The position numbers were made by a program, and so were the translations under genes. Positions 12,575 to 26,000 of a stretch of 63,907 nt of DNA are shown in pieces. The stretch comes from Chiloscyllium plagiosum (taxonomy: Eukaryota). Positions within the stretch are counted from its first letter, which is position 1, and the number at the start of each line of letters is the position of its first letter. The stretch covers positions 9,676,202 through 9,740,108 of the forward strand of contig NC_057755.1 in NCBI RefSeq assembly GCF_004010195.1. The letters are read 5' to 3'. A model generated the notes under the pieces. That model saw nothing but the letters and a program-made list of their open reading frames with translations, was not told the origin of the DNA and ran no database searches.

Positions 12575-15500
12575 ATAAATCATGTCTCAATTACTTAATT
12601 GACTTTTTTTGAAGAAGTTCCAAAGAGGATTGATATGGGCAGACGAGTGGACATGATCTGCATGGACTTCAGTAAGGTGTTCAACAAGATACTTAACTGG
12701 GGGATGGAGATTATAATGCTATTAGAATGGAACAGGGACGACTAACTTGGCAACAGATGTTCTCAGGAAAATGCACAACAGAAATGTTGAGGGTGTTTAG
12801 GAAGTACCTGCAGATAGTACTGGATAGGTTTGTCACATAGAGGCAAACAAGGAATGATAGGTTGAAAAAAACTTTTGTGTCATAAGTAATATGGGACATC
12901 TAGTCAAGAGGAAGAGCATAGCTTAACTGGTGTTGAGGAGGCAAGGATCAGACAGGACATGGTTAGAAAATAGCCAGAAAGGAGCAGCAGAATTGCGCAG
13001 GAGAGTTAGAAGGGGACTTGAGAAGCTTTAGCAGGCAGGATTAAGGAAACCCCTAACGTGTTCTACAGTTGTGTGAGGAGCAATGTGATGGCCACGGTGA
13101 GGGTAGGGCCGCGCAGCAATAGTAGAAAGAAGTTTCTCCTGGAGACGGAGGAAGTAGTGCAGGTCCCTAATGAATACTTTGCATTAATTATCACTGCTGA
13201 GAGTGACTTTAACGTTTCTGAGGACAGCATAAAATGGTCCGATCGAACTGTTAGAACAGGCTGGTACTAGGAAGGGGGATGTGCTGAAAACTTTGAAAAA
13301 CTTAAGGAAAGGTAAACACCTGGCCAGGCAGGATGTAGTCTGGGTTACTACTGAAAGCGAGGGAGGAAATAGCTGATTCAATTCGTTGAGGATTTAACAA
13401 AACCCATTGATGAAGGTAGAATAGTAGATGTGTTGCAAATTGATTTTCCAAGGCGTTTATAAGGTTCCCCATGGTAGCCTCATTCAGAAAGTGAGGATGC
13501 ATGGAATACCGGGAAACGTGTCTGCCTAGATAAAGAATTAGCTGGCCCATAGAAGACAGGTGATGACAGAGGAAAGTATTCAGCCTGGATCTTGGTGACC
13601 TGCGGTATTCTGTGGGGATCTATTCTGGGACCTCTTTTTGCTAAGTTTGGGTTCTTAAGTTTCCCGGTACCATTGATGGTTGGGGCAGTTATGGACAATT
13701 GGAGGCCAATTGTAGAATGCAACGAGGTACTGACAGGACGCACAGCTGGGCTGATAACTGGCAGATGGAGTTCAATTCGGAAGCATGCTAAGCCATTCAC
13801 TTTGGAAGTTCGAATTTAAATGCAGAATCGAGGGTAAAAGACACGATTATTGGCAGTGGGGAGGAACAGAGCGGTCTTGGGATCCATGTCCAAACATACA
13901 TCAACATTGCCACTCAGTTTGATAGACTTCTTAAGAAGGTGTATATGTGCTAGCTTTCATTAACTGGGTGATTGAGTTTATGACTCGCGCAGTTATGTTG
14001 GATCTCTGTGCAGTTTTAGTTCGACCATACTTGGAATATTGTGTTAAGTTTTGGTTGTCTCATTATAGGAAAGATGTGGAAGATTTAGAAAGGGTGCAGA
14101 TGTGATTTACAAGGATGCTGCCTGGTCTGAAGGAAAGGTCTTGTGAAAAAATGTTGAGTGAGCTTGGACTTTTCTCGTTGGAGCAAAGAGGGTTTGATGT
14201 AAATTAATAAAGTTGCAGAAGATGATGAGAGGCATGGATAGAATGGATAATTGGAGAGATTTTTCCCAGGGTGAAAACGTGGGGGCAAAATTTTTAGTTG
14301 ATTGAAGGAAGGTTTAGTCAGATGTCAGAGGTAGGTTCTTTACTCAGAGATCGTTGGTGTGTGGAATACACTGCCAGCAATAGGAGTAGAATGCGATACA
14401 TTAAGGACATTCAAGCCAATATCGGATAGGTGCATGGAAGTTAGTACAATGAAGGTTATGTAGGTTAGACTGATGTTAGAGTGTGATAAAAGACTGGAAG
14501 GGCGGATTCGATGTTCTATGTTCTTCAAGATATATTGATTAACAAGGTTACATCTCAACGAATACAAAAAGAGTTAGTTATTTGGATCCAAAATTGGTTC
14601 GAAGGTAGTAAACAAGAGGGTGATCTTGGAGGGTTGTATTTCAGACTGGACGCCTGTGACCAGTGGTGTTTCTCGAGAATCGGTGCTGGCACATCTGCTT
14701 TTCGTCACTTATTTATATGATTCAACAGATGATCATTGAACGTATATTTACAAAGTCTGCAGCTGGCATCAAAATTGGACCTGCAGTTGATAGCGAAGAA
14801 GATTGATTCAGATGACAACACAGTCTTTATCATGTGTGCTGAGAAGTGGCAGATGGATTTTGACTTATTAAAATGTGAGGTTCTGCATTTTGGAAACACA
14901 AATCAGGACAAAACTTATATTCTTAACGGTAATGTTCTGGGGTGTTTTGCTGATTAAAGAGACCGTATTGATACTTGAAACTAGAGTCACATTTAGATAG
15001 GACAGTGAACAAGGAGCTTGGTGTGCTTCCCTTTATTGGTCAGTGCATTGAATATAGCAGTTTGGAGATCATTTTGCAGCTGTCCAGGACATTGGTTAGA
15101 CAGCTATTGAAATATTGTATGCAATACTGGTCTCACTGCTATAGGAGGGATGTTGTGAATCTTGAAAGGTTACAGAGATATTGTACAATGATAATGCCAG
15201 AGTTGAAGAGTTTGAGCTCTGAGGAGAGAGTAAATTGACTGAGGCTCTTTTCGCTGGATTGTCGGAGACTGAGAGGTGACCTTGTAGAGGTTTCAATGTC
15301 AGGAGAAGGATGCACAGGGTAAGTGGGCAAGGTATTCTCCCAAGGGTGGGCGTATCCAAGACTGGATAGCATAATCTGAAAGGGAAAAGATTTAAAAGGG
15401 ACGAAGTGGGCACAATGTTCACGCAACAGGTGGTGCGCACATGGAATAAGTTACCACAGGAAGTCTTGGAGGCTGGTATAAGTACAACATTCGAAGTAAT

Positions 15501-15640
15501 TTGGATGAGTATAAAAATAGGAAGGGTTTAGAGGGATACGAGTCAAATTCTGGCAACTGGGAATAGATTAGTTTAGGATAGCTGTGCGATATGGACAACT
15601 CGGACTGAAAGTTTCCTTGCTGTACTTCTCTATGACTCTC
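12575..15640 (+). mobile_element. Nested decayed CR1 LINEs: inner copy ~12695-14525 inserted in an older RT-region copy
   Basis: Outer copy breaks after MDFSKVFNK (~12690) and resumes at LINKV..IQKELVIWIQNW (~14535); inner copy ends in TGTTCTATGTTCT; outer ends in CTCTATGACTCT. Confidence 0.8.
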
Positions 15641-16299
15641 TGTCTTAAATTTATGTGAGAGAGCTGCAGTAATTTCTTGATTGGGGCTATTGAATCTATA
15701 GAATACTTGACTGAAGAAGGCTGCTGAGGCTGGATCCTTAAGTATATCATAGCTGACATTGACACATGTTGATCAATGGAAGAATAAATGGTGCGCAAGG
15801 TGGGGTCGCGAATTATCAGATAAACCATGATCTCATTGAATGGCAAAGCAGACTCGACTGGTTAAATAACTCGCTTCTACTCCTCTGTTTTTATTTTATG
15901 TGTAACATTTCTTGTAGACAATTCAAAGCAACTGGTCGTTGTTTATAAATTAAGATTCACCTTTGTCTCAATTAGAATAGTTTTTTTTTCCCCTTTTCTC
16001 TCTGTTGCTGATCTACTTGGAAGTTTCTGTTTGAAGATGGTGGATGCAAGGTCATTAATTATTTTTCAGATCAGCGTAGACATCATTAGCAAAAACATAG
16101 AACAGTTATTCGGTGGTAAGGGATGGTAGGACAATGAGACAATTGAAACACAAACAGGGCAGTAATGATCTTAGTGAGTTGCAGGGCATGCTCAATGGGC
16201 CGAATGACCAGGTTCTGCTAATGTTTCCGAAGTTCTATCGTCCATAATATATGTCCAGTACAGCAAATAGTTTTTTTTTGTCTGACTGATAATATACAG

Positions 16300-17570
16300 A
16301 AAAAAAAGCGCTGAAAAGAAGTAGCTCGCCTGAGGAAAACTGTGACTGAGATAACTGCTCTCTGACGTCCACGTTTTATCTGTCAGGTTTGTGACAGCGA
16401 GCAGGAAGTTTCCCAAGATAGTGAAGAGCAAAACAACGGATTTCATTTGATTATTCATATCGGTCTGATTGCCAATTAATTAAACTATGGACTAAGCCAG
16501 ACCACTCAAGACATTCTTAAGCAGACAGCCCCAGACCACAACCTTTCAATTTGTTTTGGTAAGTTGACAGTGAAAATTACCCAGATTAAGTTAGTTGGGT
16601 TGACTACTAGGTTTCAAAACAGACGACATTCATTCGCAACATTGTACAATGAAACACAAAGAAATGGATAAAGAACCCATCCAGAACTCAACCTATCCAA
16701 CTAGACTTGATTATGCTGTTCCGAATATACACAACAGCCCCAATACGCAACCTCTCTTCAAAACCCAGTATAAATGTAGCAGATGCTTACAGGTTGAAGT
16801 TGAAGGGCTGAAGAGAGACAGCGTTTCCACAAAGCTCCCTGTTGAACTTCCTAGTTCAAGACTGAACTAAAACTGCTCAGCCCAACTAGAGAGCTGACCA
16901 CGCCCCTTTCATTATACAGGTCACTTCTACAGGTGGACTCTCCCTCTTTATGGGTATTTAAACGGGCATTCGATAGGCATATGGAGGATAGTGGGCTCGT
17001 GTAGGTTAGGTGGTCTTGGATCAGCGCAACATCGAATGCCAAAGGGCCTGTACTGAGCTGTATTTTTCTATGTTCTATGTTTTATGTAAAACATGACCAC
17101 ATTGGCCTGAAGTCTCATTTGTTTACATATAAACAAAGGGCCTCTAAAAATTCATTTCATCTCTGTGCCAAACCAGACTGCTCTAGCCCGGCCTGGTCAA
17201 TTGCCCCTCTCAAAAAAAAATCAATTACATGAGGACACAGTTCACGGTTAATATTGTGACTGGAATTCTCACAGTACGATACATTGTCTTAAATATTGGA
17301 CAGCAAATTATGATTACATGATCGAAAGTGAAAACGACTGTGAACCAGATTGATGAACTGAGCATAACAGAACCCACGTAAAAATTAAACTTACAATACG
17401 CATATGAAGCAGAAAATAATTTGGAATTTGATACATAACAACCATATTAAAAAATTATATGATTGATTACGACCAGTAAGTCTGCTGTTGCCATGACAAC
17501 CATTAGGCAGAGATACTTTTAGAGAGACTGCAGTTTTCTTGCAGAGGAATTACAATCATCATCATGTTTG
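16300..17570 (-). pseudogene. GPR139-like GPCR pseudogene interrupted by an LTR, with TM4-TM5 largely deleted
   Basis: Acceptor TTTTTCTTATAG at 17571; ANMMMIVIPLQENCSLSKSISA..MVVMATADLLVVI...SIWFTVVFTFDHVIIICCPIFKTMYRTVR; resumes beyond the LTR as DMNNQMKSVVLLFTILGNFLL. Confidence 0.85.
16486..17223 (-). mobile_element. Solo or truncated Gypsy-type LTR containing a CR1 3' tip (~16950-17086, +)
   Basis: Homologous to 6204-6825; embedded CR1 tail TTCTATGTTCTATGTTTTATG. Confidence 0.7.
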
Positions 17571-18624
17571 CTATAAGAAAAATAGAGGAACGGGACACTG
17601 TCACAATTTCATTTAAAAATATCAACGCACAAATGAACCATTAGTGGTTAACCAAGTAACTATACATATGTAAATACCAAAATCTGGATATTCCTGATTT
17701 CATGTATTGTTTAAGAATTAACAATCGCCCTTCACCCCAGTTGACGTATGTTTTACTCAGATTAGTTTCAAGTTCTGATATTGAAAGTGTCAATGAACGT
17801 TATGGAATGAGAGAGGTCTACAGCAGAAAGAAAAGCTCCTCAGTGCATCGAGTGTTCATCAGTCAAAACAAAAACCATATCAAACCATTTTAATCCAATT
17901 TTCTAGCTCTTGGTCCATTGACTTGCATGCGTTGGCATCCGATTATTTCTTAAATATTATGAGTATTTCTGATTGTAACACCTTACTAATAGTGAATTCC
18001 AAAGTCCCACCATGCTTTGTTGATCTTTTCCCCACACTTTAAATCTTAACCTCCTTCCCCTTGACTTTAAACCTATGCATTTTTGCCATTGATCCCTTCA
18101 TTAATTGGAAAGGTTTTCCCTTCTCATCTGTCTACATCATTCATCATCTGATCGACCTTAATCATTTCCCACTAAATCTCCTTTGCTTTGACACTGGAAC
18201 CTCAGTCTATCCAATCTCTATTCCTTTGAAGTCTGGAGCCGAAGCAACAATCTAGTAAATCTGTTTAGTTCTATTCCCAGTGTAACTGTATCCATAACAC
18301 TTTCTGCCACCTCAGTCATATGAATTCTACAACTCCTCACAATATAAAGTTGGTTTGTTCATTTAACTCGCAAGTTAATTTTGGCATGAAAATTCTTCCA
18401 GAGAACATCCTTGAATCATATTAATATTCATTGCTATTCTCTGAGTCCAGCTTCTTATGAGCATTCAATTGACAGAAACACGACTTTTATAAAGAAAGCA
18501 CAGCTCCACATATTATGACATATTTGATCAGGACCCAATGATGTATCATCATTGGCAAAGGAATTATGGAAACCAACATACCTTTTTCCTGCAGATAATT
18601 ATTTTCCTTCCTTTTCACATTCCT

Positions 18625-18955
18625 TCAGCCGCCGAGGGTGACACTGGCTAAGCCAGCATTTAATGCCCATTCATAGTGCCAGTGAGAAGTTAAAGTGTCA
18701 ACCACATTGCTGTAGATCTGGAGTCACATATAGATCAGAGCAGTTTCCTTCCCTAGAGGGCATGAATGCACTATAGGAGTTTTTATAACAGTCAGTCTTA
18801 GGTGCAAAGTGATCACGAGAATCCTAACCCCAGTTTTACATGGGATTCGAAAGCCAATACCCGTCACAGCAAGATTCGAGCCAAGATCTCAGGACTATTA
18901 TTCAAATCTCTGGATTAACAGTGCTGGGCTAATCCCACCAGGCCATCTCCTCGCC
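18625..18955 (-). mobile_element. tRNA-derived SINE (second family); related copy at ~54650-54945
   Basis: Minus-strand head GATGGCCTGGTGG...GGCTCGAATC; both copies share the body CATTGCTGT.G.TC.GGAGTCACAT. Confidence 0.65.
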
Positions 18956-20112
18956 TACAGGTTGGGGAGAGGAACACATCAGTCTGAACATCTGAATCTC
19001 GAATGTACACGAATGTGAACTACATTGCAACACACAAAGATCTGTGAAGAAAAATCAATCAACCCAAAGAAATATCTTCCTGACATATGACTTACCAAAA
19101 TCTTCAGTTTACTAAATTGGAGATGCCTTGCCCTCTCCACCGCAAGACATACGGCAATTTTATGAAGTTAGATATAGAAAGCGAACTGCAACAAAAATGC
19201 AATTTGTTTGAGTGGTCGAAGTATTGGGTGAATACTTATAAACTTTGAAACGATTTATTACTGTAAATCGAACGTCTTATAAGCTTAGTATTATGGGGGT
19301 GAACTGCATAGCAATGATGATTGCGGAGAAGGATGAGTAACTTAAGTCTAAGATGCTTGTGTCCCTACGTTGCTTCTGTACAATTAGTGATAGATTTTGA
19401 CCTAACGCACGGCGAGATATCTGTTACAAGAAAACTGAAAGTAAAATACGTTGGGGACGTTGAGGCGACTTAATTGCTGTCTCCTGCCAATGGCCTTAGT
19501 TTATGGAAGGGACCAGGATAAATATTGATGAAAAGCTCAGAAGGCAGCGCATCTGAGCGAAGGGAATCAAGGGTCAGGAAACCTTTTTCCATTTCTGCTG
19601 ATGTCTACTCATCTGCAATGAATGTGACAGGGACAAATGTATCATCGTCGGGAAACTGTCCAAATGAGGTGACTGTTCACTCAGAGTGCAAAACGGAGGA
19701 CCAAATGAATCTCTGATGAGAGAGAAGACTGTCAACTTGGAACTTTATGAAGCTTGAACAATCTGGTGAAATACAAGCAGAAATAATAATGATTTCTTGA
19801 TTATATAATCACAGATTCATTCTTTAAAAGAAAGATGGAATGTTTGTTTAACAGTTCCAAACGAAAATAAATCAGAATTAAAACTTTGGAAATGTTGGGC
19901 AAAGACAATGGCAAATAAGGTGTCATTAGGTATTCTGCAATGTATTGCCCTGTTAGAAACTGAGAAGTTTTTGAGACGAAAGGGGATCATCTACTCAAGC
20001 TCAAAAATGATATTCTGCGGACGTAGGTGCCTCTAATGGAAGCAGAAACTATTGGTACTTCTCGATAAATTAGTCAGATCTATGGAAATACATTTAATGT
20101 TTAATAAAGTTC

Positions 20113-20457
20113 AAAGTTTGTGCGAAGATTTGTAGCTTGGGTGCTCGTTGTTGTGGCTCTGTTCGACAAGCTGGGAATTTATGTTGCAGATGTTTCGTCC
20201 CCTGTCTAGGTGACATCCTCAGTGCTTGGGAGCCTCCTGTGAAGCGCTTCTGTGATCGTGTCTCCGGCGTTTGTAGTGGTTTGAATCTGCCGCTTCCGGT
20301 TGTCAGTTCCAGCTGTCCGCTGCAGTGGCTGGTATATTGGTTCCAGGTCGATGTGCTTGTTGATTGAATCAGTGGATGAGTGCCATGCCTCTATGAATTC
20401 CCTGGCTGTTCTCTGTTTGGCTTGTCTTATAATAGTAGTGTTGTCCCAGTCAAACTC
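20113..20457 (-). mobile_element. Penelope-like element 3' fragment (GIY-YIG C-terminus plus terminal repeat with hammerhead motif at 20185-20225)
   Basis: Minus strand EFDWDNTTIIRQAKQRTAREFIEAWHSSTDSINKHIDL; GCA CTGAGGA T GTCACC TAGACA GGGGAC GAAA CATC TGC. Confidence 0.85.
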
Positions 20458-20533
20458 TGACTGTCAGTACGTTTTGCACGTAATACAGATGCTCTAGTGT
20501 TTCATTCAGGGTCCTTAGCTATTCAATTCATAC

Positions 20534-20663
20534 AGGGGAAAGTGATGGCTGCAGATGCTGGAGATCAGAGCTGAAAATGTGTTGCTGGAAAAGCGCAGCA
20601 GGTCAGGCAGCATCCAAGGAATAGGAGAATCGACGTTTCGGGCATAAGCCCTTCTTCAGCCCT
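20534..20663 (-). mobile_element. Short non-autonomous Penelope-type element with hammerhead core and 14-bp TSD
   Basis: CTGAAGA A GGGC TTAT GCCC GAAA CGTC; TSD TATTCAATTCATAC at 20520-20533 and 20664-20677. Confidence 0.85.
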
Positions 20664-21979
20664 TATTCAATTCATACTGGCTTATAAAGAGCTTCAAAGG
20701 AAATGAGGGAGAAGTTTCTGAAATTTAATCAGTTAACCTTCGCAGACAAGAATGTTGTCCAAAAGGGGATTATACAGGAATTTGGTAGTAAGGAATGAAT
20801 AAGGGAACTGTTGCGTAGAGTGGTCATCACAGAAATAGATTTCAATTGACAATGATCAGCGCAGGAAACAAACCGAAGAAGGAAGTGCATTGTTCAAAGC
20901 AACTATGACCAATAGAATGATAGAGGCAAATCCGTGAGAAACGCAAAAATATAGTTGCAAAGAATAACTGCGGGGAAAAACGTCATGCATAAAGAACAGC
21001 TGTGTTACTTGCAGATGAGGCACATTCCAATGGCCGGGAATTCAGATAGCAGAAGCCATGTTTCCGTGCGGAATGTGGAGACAAAGGACATAATAAAATG
21101 TTTAACACAGGGCTTGTGGCATGGGGTTTTGTTCTGTTTTAAAACCAAGTCAGGTACAAGAATTTCAGTAAGGGAAATTGGCTTGGATAACAGCATTATC
21201 GATAAGAAAAGGATTTTAAACAGTGACATTAAACTGACTTCTTCATTCCTGTGCTGTCTATTATTTACTTTTCGAGAATGCAATTCTCCATGCTTTGGGC
21301 TGCTGTTGGCAACCAAATTGGGCTTTAGGTGATGATGGGCAGCGACAAACTTGGACTCCACATTTCATGTTGATGAAGCTACTCTCATAAAAGGTTAAGG
21401 AAAGGAATGCAAGAAGGGTCACCAGTGAAAATGAGGGAAACAATATCGATTACACGTAGTTTATTTGTCTCGTGCATGGACTCTACTTCAGGGCAGCTAA
21501 TGTCACCTGCTTAGAAGGTACTGTTTAAGCAAGCCTGATGTGTTGCTATATTGTACCTGCAGATGTTAAGCAATATTGAAATCTTGTATTATTGCATCTG
21601 GGAGAGAATACTCAATCGGGAGTGTAGTGAATTTTTAAGGAATGCGTGAAAGATATTTCCAAGCAACTGAAATAAAGGCCAGAGGTTTTCAAGGGTTTCT
21701 TGTATCTGGTACATGGGTGGTATAAATTATAAAAGGAAAATAACATTCTAAAAAAAATTGGCGTGGCTCAAAACGAAAAAAGTCACTTTATTTTGGGAAC
21801 ACCTATTTATGTTCAGAGTAGGATAATCAAGTCTCAATAAGAGATTATTGAATGAAGATTTAAATGTTTGAAATCCTGTTCTCATAGCAGTATAGGGCCT
21901 TCCCCTAGCAATTCATGAAGTATCGAGATTTCAACACGTCTTTGGATTGTAGAGAGATGAAAATGGTAGTGTGTTTGGT

Positions 21980-22290
21980 CGGCATGGTGGGCCAGTGATC
22001 AATGCTAGTGCTTCATTGTGCTAATGATCTGGGTTTGATCTCAGTCCTCGGGTGACTGCCTGTGTGGAGTTTGCATCTTGTCCCCGTCTCTGCATGGGTT
22101 TCATCCCAGAGACCAACGATGTACAGGTTAATGTGGACTGGCAGTGCTAAATTGCCTGTTGTGTCCAGGGATGTATGGGTTTGAGGGATTAGCCATGTGA
22201 AACGTAGTGAGGTTGGGTGACTCTGGGTGGGATGCTCTTTGGAGAATCGGTGTGGATTTGATGGGCCAAATTGCCTATTTACACATTGTA
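21980..22290 (+). mobile_element. Degenerate HE1 SINE
   Basis: Similar to 37977-38297. Confidence 0.8.
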
Positions 22291-23089
22291 CATCTTATAT
22301 AATGTTTTACTTTAAATACTGAAACGACATTCCAAATTACTTCTGGCTCATATTTTGTCATTGATAGCGTATAAAAATGTGAAAGTATTCGACAAATCGA
22401 AATCAAAATATTGTGGATTGTTCTGTCTCATTCACAATGGACTCGCTTTGAAAGTCAACTGACGACAAGAGCAGGTTAGAGCAGAGACTTACTGCAGAAA
22501 GTTAGCCAGTTACTGACTCCGCAAAACCTGTCCACAATTGGCAAAAATCTTGGATCTCCTCCCTGAGGGCATTGTTGTTCTACCTACAGCACATAGACTG
22601 CAGCGGTTGAAGATGGGAAGGGCAATAAATGTTGGTACAGTGAGTGACAATTACATGCCACGAGTGAAAAAACAAAAAAGGAGGATGCTTGAATACACAA
22701 AAATAGAAAATGCACATGAGTAATGTGACTGACCATTGCACCAGAGTGTAGTTAAGAAGGAAGTAGTGGAAGCTAAATGCATAACTTGGGGGCGGCGGGG
22801 GGGGAGGGGCAGGTGGGGGGGTGAAATGAAATTTACTCCATATAACGTGTATAAGATCGCTACATTTCATGCACTGGAACAAACACTAAGGGTAAATTAA
22901 AATTACCATTAGACTAATTAGGGATTTAATTTCCCATATGTGCATTTGCTGCACTTGTGCTTTTAAAAGACCAGGGCAATAAGACAGTTTTCTTTTCAAA
23001 TCGACATGAGGAATATCTTTTAAAACATTATAATGAGAGCCTTGTCGAGAAAAGGGTCGAAACAGCCGAGAGTTAATCTTTCTGAAAAT

Positions 23090-26000
23090 ATAAGAACTGG
23101 GAGCAGGAGAAAGTCATTTAGCCCCTTGAAACTGTTGTGCCATAGAATGCGATCGTAACTGATCTCATATCAGCGTCAACTTCAATTTGCAGCTCTATTT
23201 CCATAACCTTTCAAACTATTGACGACTTACAAATCTGGCTATTTTCTCCTTAATGTCTTAGTTTCCACCACAGTCTGATGCATTGAATCCCACAGATTCA
23301 TGGTACTTTGGGAAAAGCAATTTGTCCTCACCTATATTTAAAATCTTTCACACCAGTTCAAACCTTACGACTTCTCGATCCAGACTGCCCCACACGAGTA
23401 ACCATCCTGTCCACACCTACTTCCTCAGTTCCTTTTAACACTTTGCAAATCTCGAAAATATGTTAACTTCTGCAAATTCAAAGTTTCAGTAAAAGAAGCA
23501 AAATGTCGATAGACGTTTGATAGGTCTGTACTGGAGACGTCTACCAATGCACTGAATTGAACTGAATTGAATTTATTGTCACGTGTACCGAGGCACAGTG
23601 AAAAGCTTTTCCTTGCGAGCAATGCAGGCAATGGTGAGATCTGAGAAACATCACAATTTTTCAAGATTAGTTTGGAATTGAGAAGCAATTCACACAAATT
23701 GACAATGGAAAGCTAAAACAGGGCTCACCAGGACAACAATGGTTGCAAGAATTGGATAATTAATCTCCTTTTTGAGCAGTATCGTTGGGTGTTCCATTTT
23801 ACTGAGGAGGGATGTAATCTTTTGGACATGAGTAACACAGACAGGTGTTCAGCAGTGCCTGAAGCAGCATCTTCCATTTAACTGCTCTCCCACCCTCAAA
23901 GGAATTGACGACTTCTCTTATGTATGAACAGTGGGTGTAGGGTTTTCACTTTTAAACTCATATGCATGGTATTGTTTTGGTCAATCGCGTGAAGATACAT
24001 TATTCAAATTGTTGATTACTCAAATAATGAAATACGTGAGAGGACAGTTGCGTTGATTAGCAATAAAACCACGTGTCGAGGCTGCAAGAGCAGGTCACTT
24101 GGCTCCTCAAAACATTTCCCAATGCGATAAAGTCACATCTAATCTGACATTCCTCCCGTGCACTTTCCTACCTGTTCCCAAGATCCGATGATTCTCCAAG
24201 TGAACAAGTATCTCTATCAGCCTTAAATGAACAGAAGGTCTTTGCCGTCAGAGTTCTGTGTGACAATGAGTTCCAATTACTCCCAACCATCTGAGAGAAG
24301 AAAGTCCCACTCATTCAACGTTTGAATCGATGCCCCTTAGTTCTGACACGATGCTGTGTGGTCAAAAACTCTTTGATGAAGTAGGTGGGAGGAGGGGAAA
24401 TATCCCATCAGGGCTGATGGTGTAAGTTCGCTTAAGAATCTTGTATGCTTCAATGAGATAACCTTCACAACTCAGTCAGTATATCCCCAACCTCTTTAAC
24501 CCACACAGCAACTCAAATCCAAATCTAAATACTTATTAAATATTATGTGGGTCTTTACTTCTACCACCCTCGCAGACAGAGAGTACCATATTCCCAACAT
24601 CCTTCGGATGAAAAACATATTTCTGCTTATATCTCCTCGAAACATTCAGACCCTTAACTATGATTGATGCCCCCGGATATTGATCTTTCCATGAAGGGCA
24701 ACAAATAATTCTTGCCCACGCTCTCTATGCCTCTCACGTGTTGATACTTCGCGATCCACTCAATCTCCTCTGCCTCTTCAAAAAAACTGTCTAACCTCTC
24801 TTCACATTTGAAACTCTCCAGCCCAGGCAACATCCTGGTCAATATCCTCAGCGCCCTCTCAAGTGCTATCTGTGCTTCCTAAAATGTGGGCTCCAGAACT
24901 GACTACCTTATTCGAGCTCTGGACTCAAAAACATTCTATACAATTTCAGCACAACCTCCCTGCTCTAAATCTCGGCTGATAAGAATATGGATAAGAATAT
25001 CCTTTTTTAAAATCCAACAACAGTATCTACCTGTTCTGTCATCTTAAGAGACCAGTGTACATACAGTGAACTTGTACCAAACTTTCTCAGAACATCGGTG
25101 CTTCTCAGGCTCCATACTTTCATCATGCATTCACTTTTACCACAGATATTGAAAAGAAAAATTAACTTGGTTACTTTCCATGAATGATTGCCTATCTCGA
25201 ACAGAGTCGGTTTGTATTTCGGATCCTTTTCTCACGGGGTTCCAAGCTAGGCAGTGAAGAAGGTAATTTTGCATATGTCCATTTTAAATTTCTCATGGCC
25301 TGTTAAACAATGATATTCCTGGCTCTACCACCATACATTACAACATCACTTCTACAACATTCCTTCATCTTCGGGTACAAATTGCAGTCATTTTTTTAAT
25401 GAATTCATGGGGAATCTGTAAGGCTACCTGCACATTTAAATATGCATACCAACTGCTATATTAGCGGATATTAATAGTTAGGTGATTGGTTTTGACCCAA
25501 CAAATGTATATCTTCAATTACTAATTACATCAAACGTCACTGCCCTCGAGCTCTTGTGGTACAGTGACAGTCTTCCTACGTCTATGCCTGGATTCAACAC
25601 CAACTGGATCCAAGACTGTGCAATAACATCTCTGATTAGAATGATTAGAAACATCTGAAGTCCCAATTGATGCATATTCAAAGTGTCTACAACTGCTTAG
25701 ATTAATTATGTATGAGCATGGTATTATTGTGCTCATGGTAGAGGGTTCTATGAGGAACATACATAGGAACAGAGGTATTCAAAGTGCATGATACCAGGAT
25801 TAATGTGTGAATATTTGCAACATTACAGTGATTGCAGGATTCGAACGTTGATGGGACATCAGTTTTACAATTTCATTCAATGAAGGGGGATCATTCGGCA
25901 CAGCTTCCAGTGGATCAGTACGTCAGCACCAGTTTCAGAGGAACAGAGACTCCTGTGGTGCGACATGGGGTTCCACAAACAGTGGACGTGTTGGGAGTAC

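Noticed and set aside
19450..19762. Protein-like minus-strand exon (…GFLTLDSLRSDALPSELFINIYPGPF…)
   Set aside because: Three in-frame stops in ~104 codons, a weak donor and no recognisable family; compatible with chance.
20955..21361. Overlapping 125-aa (+) and 118-aa (-) ORFs
   Set aside because: No recognisable homology or exon structure.
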